Shown one piece after another: positions 32,193 through 41,287 of a DNA stretch of 64,000 nucleotides (the first letter of the stretch is position 1; each line of letters starts with the position of its first letter). A program made the position numbers and the translations under genes. The DNA lies in contig CAVQFQ010000021.1 of the NCBI GenBank assembly GCA_963711835.1, positions 1-64,000 on the forward strand, in the 5' to 3' direction. The notes under the pieces were generated by a model that did not search any database, had not been told where the DNA came from, and saw only the letters and a list, made by a program, of their open reading frames with translations. Source of the stretch: an uncultured delta proteobacterium. Its GTDB lineage: Bacteria; Desulfobacterota; RBG-13-43-22.

Positions 32193-32789
32193 ATGAACCT
32201 GTCCTTTCCAAGGATTGCCCCCTTTCAGCGGAAGGGCCTTTTTCTTTTTGCCGTCCTGGTCGGGGCTTGTCTGGCTCAGCAGTATTGGGCCTTGTCTCAT
32301 AGTCTGAAGCCTGTTCCCGGGCCCGTTGGTTTAAGCAAAGGTTTCTTTGTTGAATTAAGGGGAGACATCCGGCGCCCGAGCCTTATTCACTACGGCAAAG
32401 CTCTGCCGGTCTGGCAGGTTATTCAGGATGGCGGAGGATTGGCCTCAAATCGGTCGCTGTTGGCGGTCGAGGCCGCTCAAGTCCTTTCCGAAGATGCGGC
32501 CCTCGAAATTGGATATCATCCCGAACAAGGGGCCTTTGTTCGACCAGGGCCTCTTTCCAATCGGGCCCGTTGGATTCTGGGGCGATCCATACCCCTTAAT
32601 CAGGCTACGGCCGAAGACCTGGACCGGCTGCCCGGGGTTGGTCCGGGGCTAGCCCGGCGCATCATCGCCTATCGGGAGGCCCAAAGAGGCTTTTCTTCTT
32701 TGGAAGAACTGAAACAGGTGGAAGGCCTTAAAGAAAAGACCTTTGACAAAATTAAAAATTTACTGACCCTTTCCGACGAAAAGGCCTAA
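32193..32789 (+). CDS. comEA: ComEA-family helix-hairpin-helix DNA-binding protein
   Basis: N-terminal TM segment; LNQATAEDLDRLPGVGPGLARRII...FSSLEELKQVEGL. Confidence 0.8.
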   Translation: MNLSFPRIAPFQRKGLFLFAVLVGACLAQQYWALSHSLKPVPGPVGLSKGFFVELRGDIRRPSLIHYGKALPVWQVIQDGGGLASNRSLLAVEAAQVLSEDAALEIGYHPEQGAFVRPGPLSNRARWILGRSIPLNQATAEDLDRLPGVGPGLARRIIAYREAQRGFSSLEELKQVEGLKEKTFDKIKNLLTLSDEKA

Positions 32790-32826
32790 GATCTATTGGA
32801 TAAATTATTAGAGGAGGGAATTTCCG

Positions 32827-34041
32827 ATGGCTTCCATTAAACGGATTGGCGTGATAACCAGCGGCGGCGACTGCGGAGGCCTTAATGCCGTCATCAAAGG
32901 CATCGCCCGAGAGGCCTATTCTCTGGGGATTGAATCCGTGGTCATCCCCAACGGCTATGCCGGACTGTATAATCTGGTGGACTTGCCCGAGGTCGTGCTG
33001 CTCAATGCCGACCGGGTCAGCCGTATCGAAGCCTCTTTAGCCGGTTCGGAGGCCGGCCATTCCCGGGTTAAGATCAGCAAGATTGCCGACCCTCGGAAGT
33101 ATGAACGCATAAAAGAAGGACTTAAAAAATTCGGCATCGACGCCCTGATCATCAGCGGCGGAGACGATACCGGCAGTGTGGTGGTGGATTTGAGCGGGCG
33201 GGGAATCCCCTGCGTCCATGTGCCCAAGACCATGGACCTCGATCTTCAACCCTACAGCGTGGGCGGGGATTCGGCCATCAACCGGATAGCCGTGTTCGCC
33301 CGGGACCTGAAGACCACCGGCCTGAGCCACAACCGGATCCTGGTCATCGAGGTCTTTGGCCGCTACGTGGGCCATACCGCCTTCCGGGGCGGCGTCGGAG
33401 CGGAAGTGGATTGCATCCTTATCCCGGAGATCCCCGTGGACTTCGATTGCGTTTATAAACACATGAAAACGACCTATTTCGGCCGGATCGAGCGCAGTGA
33501 TGTCCAGGCCGGAACTTATATCATAGTCGTGTCCGAAGGGATTCAAAACGCCAACGGAGAATTGCTCATTGACGAGTCGGCCGGGGTGGATGCCTTCGGC
33601 CATAAAAAATTAGCCGGAGCCGGCCGCTATGTCCGCCAGCAGTTGGAAAGACGCCTAAAAAAGGATCCCGCCGTTCTGGAATTTATGAAGCGAGTGGGCA
33701 TGTATGCCCCCGGGGTGTACCTGGTCCCTGAGGTTCGAGAGGTCACGCCCGGGCACCTGGTCCGCTCCGGTCATTCTTCGGCCTTTGATGTCATTTTCGG
33801 ACATCGAGCCGGCGCGGTGGCCGTCTTCCTGTTGCTGGAAGGCAAGACCGGCTATACCGTGGTCAACGTCGTCGGCGATAAAATTTATTACATGCCCACC
33901 TCCGAAGCCATCAAGCGTATGGAAGTGGACCTCAACGAAGTGGCCTTGTTCGAATCCCTGGGCACCTGCTTCGGCCGCCCTCCCCGGAAGTATGATTACG
34001 AGTTGATCGAAACCGCCGAACCGAAGAGACGCCATATTTAA
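32827..34041 (+). CDS. 6-phosphofructokinase family protein, probably PPi-dependent
   Basis: TSGGDCGGLN, SGGDDT, PKTMDLD, EVFGR, DAFGH, GHLVRSG. Confidence 0.85.
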   Translation: MASIKRIGVITSGGDCGGLNAVIKGIAREAYSLGIESVVIPNGYAGLYNLVDLPEVVLLNADRVSRIEASLAGSEAGHSRVKISKIADPRKYERIKEGLKKFGIDALIISGGDDTGSVVVDLSGRGIPCVHVPKTMDLDLQPYSVGGDSAINRIAVFARDLKTTGLSHNRILVIEVFGRYVGHTAFRGGVGAEVDCILIPEIPVDFDCVYKHMKTTYFGRIERSDVQAGTYIIVVSEGIQNANGELLIDESAGVDAFGHKKLAGAGRYVRQQLERRLKKDPAVLEFMKRVGMYAPGVYLVPEVREVTPGHLVRSGHSSAFDVIFGHRAGAVAVFLLLEGKTGYTVVNVVGDKIYYMPTSEAIKRMEVDLNEVALFESLGTCFGRPPRKYDYELIETAEPKRRHI

Positions 34042-34135
34042 GGTCGGGATTCGAGGAGTCGGGAGGGTAAGGATTCAAAAGAACGGATAAAAACAAACGA
34101 CGATACAGGATGCTGGATGAAAGCAAAAAGCGATC

Positions 34136-35143
34136 ATGGTAGTCCTCGGCATTGAAACCTCCTGTGATGAAACCGCAGCGGCTGTTCTCGAGGACGGTCA
34201 GAAGAATCCTCTCCAATGTAGTCTATTCCCAGATCGCCCTCCATCGCCCCTACGGGGGGGTAGTTCCGGAGCTGGCCTCTCGAAGGCACTTGGACAAAAT
34301 AGTCCCGGTGGTCGAGGAAGCCCTGTCCCAGGCCGGAATGAGTCTGGAGGCCGTGAAGGTATTGCCGTCACCCGCGGCCCCGGGCTGGTCGGGGCCTTGC
34401 TGGTGGGCTTGTGTTTCGCCAAATCCTTAAGTGTCGTCCGTGAGATCCCCTTCATCGGCGTCAATCACCTGGAGGGACACATCTGCTCTATTTTCTTGGA
34501 ACAAGAGGTCCCCCTGCCTTTTTTATCCCTGACCGTTTCCGGGGGACACACCAGTCTTTTCCTGGTGACGGATATCGGGTCCTATCAATTACTGGGACAG
34601 ACCCGGGACGACGCCGCCGGCGAAGCCTTTGATAAAGTAGCCAAGCTGTTAAATCTGGGCTATCCCGGTGGGGGGGTTATTGAAGCCCTGGCCAGGGAGG
34701 GGACCTCCAGCATCCCCTTCCCCAGGGCCATACCTTCCCGGGATTCCCTGGATTTCAGCTTCAGCGGTCTTAAAACAGCCGTGGTTAATTATGTAAAACG
34801 ATCCGCAGACCCTTCCAACAAAAACCAAATCCTGCCGGTCAAAGATATTGCCGCTTCCTTTCAGACCGCTGTCGTGGAGATGTTGATCAAAAAGGTCATC
34901 CTGGCTCAAAGGGAGTTTAAGATAGGACGTCTGGTCCTTTCCGGCGGGGTGGTTTCCAACGGCTATCTCCGCGACCGCTTTCAAATGTTGGCCGAGGAGG
35001 AAGGTCTGGATTTATATCTGCCTTCCCCGGCGCTCTGCACCGACAATGCGGCCATGATTGCCTGGGTTGGGAATTACTACCTGGAAAGAGGGCGGCAGGA
35101 TTCCCTGGATATCGACGCCTTTTCCCGCTGGAAGCTTGGATGA
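34136..35143 (+). CDS. tsaD: t6A transferase, two compensating indels between ~34200 and ~34355
   Basis: LGIETSCDET; YGGVVPELASRRH sits in another frame; GPGLVGAL, HLEGH, SGGHT, DDAAGEAFDK, FSFSGLKT, CTDNAAMI. Confidence 0.93.
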   Translation: MVVLGIETSCDETAAAVLEDGQKNPLQCSLFPDRPPSPLRGGSSGAGLSKALGQNSPGGRGSPVPGRNESGGREGIAVTRGPGLVGALLVGLCFAKSLSVVREIPFIGVNHLEGHICSIFLEQEVPLPFLSLTVSGGHTSLFLVTDIGSYQLLGQTRDDAAGEAFDKVAKLLNLGYPGGGVIEALAREGTSSIPFPRAIPSRDSLDFSFSGLKTAVVNYVKRSADPSNKNQILPVKDIAASFQTAVVEMLIKKVILAQREFKIGRLVLSGGVVSNGYLRDRFQMLAEEEGLDLYLPSPALCTDNAAMIAWVGNYYLERGRQDSLDIDAFSRWKLG

Positions 35144-35211
35144 TCTTTTCAAAGGTCTCAAAACAGGTGGCCGTTCTTGGAAAGGTCTTTACCGGGAGGA
35201 TCGAAAAGAAA

Positions 35212-35240
35212 TTGACAAGACCTGCCGGTAGAAATAGAGT
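35212..35240 (+). promoter_or_regulatory. Sigma70 promoter for the small HTH gene
   Basis: TTGACA-17 bp-TAGAGT. Confidence 0.55.
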
Positions 35241-35389
35241 GATGGGGATTCGCCAGCCGGGAAAAACCGGGCCCATGGTCAATAAGGGGTGGGCTTTGGT
35301 GGCGGCAACCTTTATTGGTTAAGCCCGCCGAACAGCCTTTTGGTTGTCTGGTGAGTTGAAGATTTTGTTAGAAAAAGGAGGAGGTTTGA

Positions 35390-35566
35390 ATGGAGAAGTC
35401 GGAATTGCACCAGCTTAAAGAACAGTTGGAAACCAAAGGGGTTTCCTGGGCTGAGGCTGCGGAAAAGATCAAATTTGATGTCCGGTTGTTAAATCTTTAC
35501 CTGGTTTCCCCGCCTGTCCCTATCAGTGTGATTAATCCTCTCAAAAAATTACTCGAAGCTGCCTGA
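35390..35566 (+). CDS. 58-aa small protein with Cro/XRE-like HTH (absent from the ORF track)
   Basis: AAGGAGGAGG RBS; MEKSELHQLKEQLETKGVSWAEAAEKIKFDVRLLNLYLVSPPVPISVINPLKKLLEAA*. Confidence 0.7.
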   Translation: MEKSELHQLKEQLETKGVSWAEAAEKIKFDVRLLNLYLVSPPVPISVINPLKKLLEAA

Positions 35567-35638
35567 TCGCCCTTATAGGGAGGCCAATGCATCAGGGAAA
35601 TTCGGAAGTCACTACCGGAAGGCAAAAAAGTGAAATCT

Positions 35639-35949
35639 TAGCATCGTTCAAAAGTTGTGGCACTGGCGCATTATTGCCTGAATAGGGGACCGTAGGTCTT
35701 GATTTCAAGGTTTGTCCAAAGGGTGATCCTTCCCGCCAATCCGGCCCAGATTTCTAAGGTTGCCTTAGAGCCGGGTCTTCACCCAACCGAACAAACAGCT
35801 TTGGTGTAGGCCTACTTAAGGCCTTATCGTCAACCTTCCAGCCCGGTTTTAAAGTGAGGCGTTTATGGTGGACAACCTTGAAATCAAGACCTACGGTCTC
35901 CTTCCATCGGGTATCAGAAATATAATGCCCAAACTTTTGAACGGTGCCA
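35639..35949 (+). mobile_element. Non-coding element B (MITE-like): terminal IRs, inner ~30-bp IR arms, conserved core, 6-bp flanking duplication
   Basis: Ends TAGCATCGTTCAAAAGTT/AACTTTTGAACGGTGCCA; AAATCT at 35633-35638 and 35950-35955; inner arms GACCGTAGGTCTTGATTTCAAGGTTTGTCCA/TGGACAACCTTGAAATCAAGACCTACGGTC. Confidence 0.8.
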
Positions 35950-36001
35950 AAATCTTAGGCCTTACGGTAGTCCCGGCTTGTGAGTCCCGTGAGAACCTCT
36001 G

Positions 36002-36901
36002 ATGGCAACCGTTCGATCAGCCGGAAGGAAGTGGGACGAGATAGAAATCCACCTGAAACGATCTCTGGAAAGGATGCTCCAGGAGATTCATTCCCCGGCA
36101 TCCTTCCAGGAAGTCTGGCCTATCTTTCAGGCCGAGCCCTCTTTCCGGCAGGCTTTCGGCCAGTGGGCCGGCTGGAGCGAAGACCGGAGAGAAAACCATT
36201 GGCTTGTTTTATCCCGAGCCTTGGAAAGGAGGGCTTACGCAACCCGGCCTTACTGCCTGCGCTGCGGGGAATGCTGCCGAAAGGGCAGCCCGACCTTTTA
36301 CCGGGAAGACATTGAAATAGTGCGCCGGGGGGTTGTTCAGCGGGAACAATTAATCGCTCTGCGGCCGGGCGAGGTCGGTTTTTCCCACGAGGCCCAGGGG
36401 TTGGTAGTCCTGGCCGAGGAAAGGTTGAAAATTCGGGAGAAACCGGATTCCCGGGAATGCCTTTTCTTTCTATCGGCCAGCGGGGATTGTACCATTTATG
36501 ACCACCGTCCTATTCAATGTCAAAATTTGGAATGTTGGAATCCTGATGGGTTTGAGAAACTGACCCCCCTTGTCTTCCTAAAACGAAAGGATCTGATCAA
36601 CCCCGATGATCCCCTGCTGGCCGTGATGGAAAACCACGATACAAAATTTTCTCCCGAAAACCTGAAAAAGGCTCTCAGGAAAATTTCAGATGGAGGGTCT
36701 TCAAACCAGGAAGAAGCCCTGGATATGCTTTCTTTCGACCGGCAGATCCGCCAATTTTTAGGGGAAAAATACGGCCTGAGCCCGGATCGGCTTACTTTTT
36801 TGTTCGGAAGGCCCCTTCTGGACCTTTTGCCCGCCTTGGGTTACAAGATGGAAAAGGGGCCGGAGGCCGGATTGGGGATCGTGTCCTCTTCCCCCATTTG
36901 A
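36002..36901 (+). CDS. YkgJ-family (CxxCxxCC) cysteine-cluster protein
   Basis: CLRCGECC, CLFF...CTIYDHRPIQC. Confidence 0.85.
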   Translation: MATVRSAGRKWDEIEIHLKRSLERMLQEIHSPASFQEVWPIFQAEPSFRQAFGQWAGWSEDRRENHWLVLSRALERRAYATRPYCLRCGECCRKGSPTFYREDIEIVRRGVVQREQLIALRPGEVGFSHEAQGLVVLAEERLKIREKPDSRECLFFLSASGDCTIYDHRPIQCQNLECWNPDGFEKLTPLVFLKRKDLINPDDPLLAVMENHDTKFSPENLKKALRKISDGGSSNQEEALDMLSFDRQIRQFLGEKYGLSPDRLTFLFGRPLLDLLPALGYKMEKGPEAGLGIVSSSPI

Positions 36902-36920
36902 TACTACGGCTAATCCTTCC

Positions 36921-37760
36921 ATGTCGCTGAAAAACTATCCGGCCCTGAGATCCCTCAGCCAGAATTTTTTAAAAAGCCCTCTCCTAGCCCAAAAGCTGGT
37001 TGACCGATTGCCCTTGACGACAGCCGATTGCGTGGTGGAATTAGGGGCCGGTCAGGGAGCCCTCACTTTTCTCTTATCGCAAAAAGCAAAGAAGGTCCTG
37101 GCCGTTGAAATCGACGCCGGACACAGCCTCCAATTAAAAGAAAGAATTCGGCAGGCCGGCCAGACCAATATTGAAGTCCTTCATCAGGATATTTTGAAGG
37201 CCGATTGGCAGGAATGGTTTGGGATCCTTAAGGAGCCCTTTTATATTGTCGGCAACCTGCCCTACCACATCTCCACCCCGATTCTGTTCAAGATTATTGA
37301 ACATCGACGCCTCCTGCGGGCGGCCTATGTCATGCTTCAAAGAGAGGTGGCCGATCGTCTTCTGGGGCAACCCGGACATAAAGCCTACGGGGTAATCACC
37401 ATCTTGATCGGTTATTACGCCCGGGTATTTACCATGATGCACTTGGGACCTAATGCCTTTTTCCCAAGGCCTAAAGTCGCTTCCACCTTTGTGGGGATCC
37501 TTTTTGATTCGGACCGCTTTCCCAAGATTGAAGAGGAAGATCTTTTTCAATGGGTTGTCCGGGCGGCTTTCCATCAGCGCCGGAAACAACTCAAGAACGC
37601 CTTAGTCGCCGACGGCCGTCTGGACCCGGAAATGATATTGAAGGTCCTGTCCCAAAACGGTATTGATCCCAAAAACCGAGGGGAAAGGCTGAGTATCAGC
37701 CAATTTGTAGCCCTCTCGAACGGCCTGGCCGGTCTTGCGGGCCAGGACGGCTCCCTATAA
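36921..37760 (+). CDS. rsmA: 16S rRNA dimethyladenosine transferase
   Basis: LSQNFL, VELGAGQGALT, AVEID, GNLPYHISTPIL, MLQREVA, FFPRPKV, QRRKQL. Confidence 0.93.
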   Translation: MSLKNYPALRSLSQNFLKSPLLAQKLVDRLPLTTADCVVELGAGQGALTFLLSQKAKKVLAVEIDAGHSLQLKERIRQAGQTNIEVLHQDILKADWQEWFGILKEPFYIVGNLPYHISTPILFKIIEHRRLLRAAYVMLQREVADRLLGQPGHKAYGVITILIGYYARVFTMMHLGPNAFFPRPKVASTFVGILFDSDRFPKIEEEDLFQWVVRAAFHQRRKQLKNALVADGRLDPEMILKVLSQNGIDPKNRGERLSISQFVALSNGLAGLAGQDGSL

Positions 37761-37764
37761 CCCC

Positions 37765-38952
37765 ATGAACCTTAAAGTTCTATTTCTATTAAGCCTGGCC
37801 CATCTGGTGGCGGATCTCACCCAGGGGGCGATACCGGCCCTGCTGCCTTTCATGAAGGAAGCTCTGGGACTATCGTATACGGCTGCCGGCGCCGTCCTCC
37901 TGGTTTCCAATCTCACCTCCTCCATCATCCAGCCCATATTCGGTTATTTTTCCGACCGCCGGCCCAAGGTCTGGCTCATTCCTTTAGGGGTTTTTCTTGC
38001 TGCTCTGGGCCTCAGTCTTTTGGGATTGTCCCCTAACTATCCGGTCCTCATTCTTCTGGTAATCGTCTGCGGAATGGGAGTGGCTTCTTTTCATCCGGAG
38101 GGCTTTAAAACCGCCCATTTTTTTATCGGTCAGAAGAAGGCCTCCGGCATGTCTCTGTTTGCCGTGGGTGGAAATTTAGGATTTGCGCTGGGTCCTGTTA
38201 GCATGACCTTTCTGGTCACAAGCTTTTCGCTATCAGGCACCCTGGCCTACATCATTCCCGGGGTGCTCATGGTTTTTTTTATTCTCTACTCCCTCCCGAC
38301 CTTGCGCTACACCCATCCCTCACCCCAGATAAAAACCGGAGAAAAACCCAAGGGCCGGGATTCCTCTTATGGCAAATTGACCCTCTTGATCCTTATCGTG
38401 ACTATGCGCTCCTGGGTTCAAATGGGACTGGTCAGTTTCATCCCTTTTTACTATATCAACTATCTCAAAGGAGATCCGCTGCTGGCCGGCAAGATGGTCA
38501 CCACCTTCCTGGCCGCCGGAACGCTGGGGAGCTTGCTCGGGGCACAACTGGCCGACCGCTGGGGGCATAAGCGTTATCTGTCCCTGACCATGTTGCTTAC
38601 GATCCCAATGCTTTTCCTCTTCCTTCAGGTTAGTGGCTGGTTGGCGTTCCTGGCTCTGGCCTTGGCCGGGTTTGTCCTGATATCCAGCTTTTCGGTGACC
38701 GTGGTCATGGCCCAGGACCTGCTGCCGGGCAAACTGGGCATGGCTTCCGGCCTGATGGTCGGCTTTGCCATCGGCACCGGCGGGCTGGGGGTAACCCTTT
38801 TGGGAATAGTAGCCGATCATTGGGGCGTCCCGGCCGCCCTGCATTCTCTGGCCTTCATGCCCATCATGGGTTTCCTCCTGAGCCTGCTGCTGCCGGCCGC
38901 CCCTTTTCACCGGCCGAAGAAATCTCAAAGTTGCATAAAAATTGATCGATAA
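37765..38952 (+). CDS. MFS transporter (Fsr-like)
   Basis: QPIFGYFSDR, FHPEG, GGNLGFALGP, LADRWG; about 12 TM segments. Confidence 0.88.
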   Translation: MNLKVLFLLSLAHLVADLTQGAIPALLPFMKEALGLSYTAAGAVLLVSNLTSSIIQPIFGYFSDRRPKVWLIPLGVFLAALGLSLLGLSPNYPVLILLVIVCGMGVASFHPEGFKTAHFFIGQKKASGMSLFAVGGNLGFALGPVSMTFLVTSFSLSGTLAYIIPGVLMVFFILYSLPTLRYTHPSPQIKTGEKPKGRDSSYGKLTLLILIVTMRSWVQMGLVSFIPFYYINYLKGDPLLAGKMVTTFLAAGTLGSLLGAQLADRWGHKRYLSLTMLLTIPMLFLFLQVSGWLAFLALALAGFVLISSFSVTVVMAQDLLPGKLGMASGLMVGFAIGTGGLGVTLLGIVADHWGVPAALHSLAFMPIMGFLLSLLLPAAPFHRPKKSQSCIKIDR

Positions 38953-39059
38953 ATTGTTTTTTCTAAATTAAAATAGTGTGCTCTAACGATTTCAGAGCTG
39001 AGACCAAAACTCACTCCAGGTGAGGTTTAGGATCCTAAAAAGTATCGATCACTTTTTAC

Positions 39060-39172
39060 CCTTCGGGAAAGTCTGGGAAGCCGCATCTCCTTTGTTGTCC
39101 AGGGCTCGCGGTATGCATATACAGCTTCGCCCTGGACGCCTCGGATCTGCAACTTCCGAAACTTTTGCAACA
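39060..39172. repeat. Imperfect hairpin intergenic element between convergent genes
   Basis: AAAGT..GGAAGCCGCA...GTCCAGGGC...GCCCTGGAC...TGCAACTTCC..ACTTT nested pairing. Confidence 0.55.
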
Positions 39173-39187
39173 TCGAGAGAAACTTGC

Positions 39188-40414
39188 TTAAAGAATAAGA
39201 AATCGCTCATCCGCCAGAGTTAATTTTTCCACCCGGTCCTTATGGATTACAACCGTATTTTCAAATCCTACGGCCCCCTTCTCCAGAACAATTTTGAGCT
39301 CCAGAGCCAGGGTCATGCCTTCACGCAGGGGATAAGTATGGCCGGGGGCCAGAAAGGGATTTTCCGGACTTTCCAGCCCCACCCCATGGCCCACGTAGCG
39401 GATCTTTCTTTCAAGTGGTCCGAGAAACACATCCTCATATCCCAGTTCCCTGCCTTTAGCCAGGGCCAGGGGGAAAAGACTCTCCGCCGGAACCCCCGGA
39501 CGCAGGTGCTGAAGCAGATGGGCTTCGATTTCCATCAAGGCTTCATAGGCCTCCAAATATTCATGGCCTGGTTTTCCAATGGAATACATTCGGGTCTGAT
39601 CTACCTGGTAGCCGGTGTAGCAGGTGCCGAAATCGATCAACACCGGCTCCTTTTCTTGGATAGGTTTCAGGCTGGCCCCCAAAGGAAAGGCCGGACTAAG
39701 GCCCAGCCCTGAAAAGGGGGCGTCTATATTGCTGGGCAGGGTGCCCAACCGGCCGCTGACGACATGCCAGGTATAGATCTCACTGTTGAATCCCCGGCTG
39801 CGCAGGATGTTTTGGTGGCCCTGGCGCATGGCCAGGTAATTCATCCAGCCGGCGATTTCGATCTCAGAGCTGCCGGGACGGATAGTTTCGCAAATTTCCC
39901 GATAAATTTTCCCGCCGATCTCCCCTGCCCTTTTCAACAGACCCAGTTCATATTCAGACTTGGTCTCCCGAAGCGACCTGATCAAAGGCCAGACATCCCG
40001 GGACTGTTCAAATTTGAGAATTTCCTTCAGGAATTGGAAGGTGGAAAAAGGTAGCACGTCCAGCTCCAACCCAAGGCAGGCGGGGATGCGAAGGCCGCAC
40101 CGGCGGATCCCTTCACCCAGGTCGGTTATGGAGGACAGCCATTCAACTCTTTCCAGAGGGCTCTCCGCCTGGGCCCTTTGAAATTCTTTCTTAATTAAAA
40201 GTATTGGTTCCCCTTCCGAAGGAAGGAAAAGAAATCCATTTTGCAGGGTTCCGGTAAAATAATAGAGATCCACATTCTGATAAATAAGGGCCCCTTCGAT
40301 CCCTTCCGTTGACAGGAGCTTCTGAAAAGACAGAATCCTGCGGTTTATCTCCTCAGGCGGCGTTAAGGTGTCCCGGTAAAAAGAGGGGAGAGTAAATTCA
40401 CTGTTAATCGCCAT
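39188..40414 (-). CDS. Xaa-Pro peptidase family (M24) protein
   Basis: Creatinase-like N-domain; metal ligands in IDFG, VDQTR, GHGVG, LELK, FEN. Confidence 0.88.
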   Translation of the reverse strand: MAINSEFTLPSFYRDTLTPPEEINRRILSFQKLLSTEGIEGALIYQNVDLYYFTGTLQNGFLFLPSEGEPILLIKKEFQRAQAESPLERVEWLSSITDLGEGIRRCGLRIPACLGLELDVLPFSTFQFLKEILKFEQSRDVWPLIRSLRETKSEYELGLLKRAGEIGGKIYREICETIRPGSSEIEIAGWMNYLAMRQGHQNILRSRGFNSEIYTWHVVSGRLGTLPSNIDAPFSGLGLSPAFPLGASLKPIQEKEPVLIDFGTCYTGYQVDQTRMYSIGKPGHEYLEAYEALMEIEAHLLQHLRPGVPAESLFPLALAKGRELGYEDVFLGPLERKIRYVGHGVGLESPENPFLAPGHTYPLREGMTLALELKIVLEKGAVGFENTVVIHKDRVEKLTLADERFLIL

Positions 40415-40548
40415 AATCCAACTCCAATCTTTCAACCTAAAAAACAAACAAAGCCGGTTTTTTAGGTATTAATAATCCCGAAAAGCCTCAACCTTATAGG
40501 TATCCATGATAACAAAAATGGTGGTTTTCCTAAAGGTCATTTTTTTGC

Positions 40549-40617
40549 TTGACAAAATCTTTTCCTAATATTATTAGACTAAGAAAGTTATTAAATTTTA
40601 ATTGGTTATCAATTAAA
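40549..40617 (+). promoter_or_regulatory. Promoter and candidate TetR operators
   Basis: TTGACA at 40549; palindromes CTAATA-t-TATTAG (40565-40577) and TTTAATTG-gttat-CAATTAAA (40597-40617). Confidence 0.5.
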
Positions 40618-40663
40618 CACCGGTTAATAAAGATAATTATCCTAATTATATTAGTTTTTTAAC

Positions 40664-41269
40664 ATGAATAATAAAACCCCCAAAGAAAGCACCAAAGACC
40701 GCATTATAAATTCCGCTAAAAAGCTTTTTGCCGACCAGGGCTATCAAAAGACTACCGTTGTCGACATTTCCAAGCAGGCCGGACTGTCGGAGGCGGCCCT
40801 TTACGAATATTTTCAGGGCAAGGAGGACTTACTGCTGACCATACCCGATCTCTGGGTGGCGGACCTGATCGAAGACCTCAAAGACCAGCTTTTCGGTCTC
40901 AAAGGGGCCTTCAACAAGCTCCGGAAATACCTCTGGTGGAACATGCGACGGATCGAGCAGTCTCCTCTGGATGCCAAGATTGTCTATCTGTTTCTAAAGA
41001 CCAATGCCAATTTCATGAAGACCGAGGTTTACTCCAACGTCAAAATCCTTTATTCTTTCCTGACCGATATCTTTGAGGAAGGAAAGAAGAGCGGGGAAAT
41101 GAAACCGGACCTGGATCCCCTGCTGGCCCGGGCCATCTTTATCGGTGCCATGGACCACCTGGTAACCCGTTGGCTGCTGAAGGACATGTCTTATTCCCTG
41201 TTCGACAACCTGGAAGGGGTCTTTTCCTTAATGGAAGATGCCTTTCGAATTTCGGATTTGAAAACTTAA
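40664..41269 (+). CDS. TetR/AcrR (FadR-like) regulator
   Basis: IINSAKKLFADQGYQKTTVVDISKQAGLSEAALYEYFQGKEDLL HTH. Confidence 0.93.
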   Translation: MNNKTPKESTKDRIINSAKKLFADQGYQKTTVVDISKQAGLSEAALYEYFQGKEDLLLTIPDLWVADLIEDLKDQLFGLKGAFNKLRKYLWWNMRRIEQSPLDAKIVYLFLKTNANFMKTEVYSNVKILYSFLTDIFEEGKKSGEMKPDLDPLLARAIFIGAMDHLVTRWLLKDMSYSLFDNLEGVFSLMEDAFRISDLKT

Positions 41270-41287
41270 ACAAACGAAGGAGGGCAA

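Noticed and set aside
34136-34430. tsaD as a pseudogene or programmed frameshift
   Set aside because: Normally essential gene with two compensating single-base indels and intact motifs; best explained as sequencing error.
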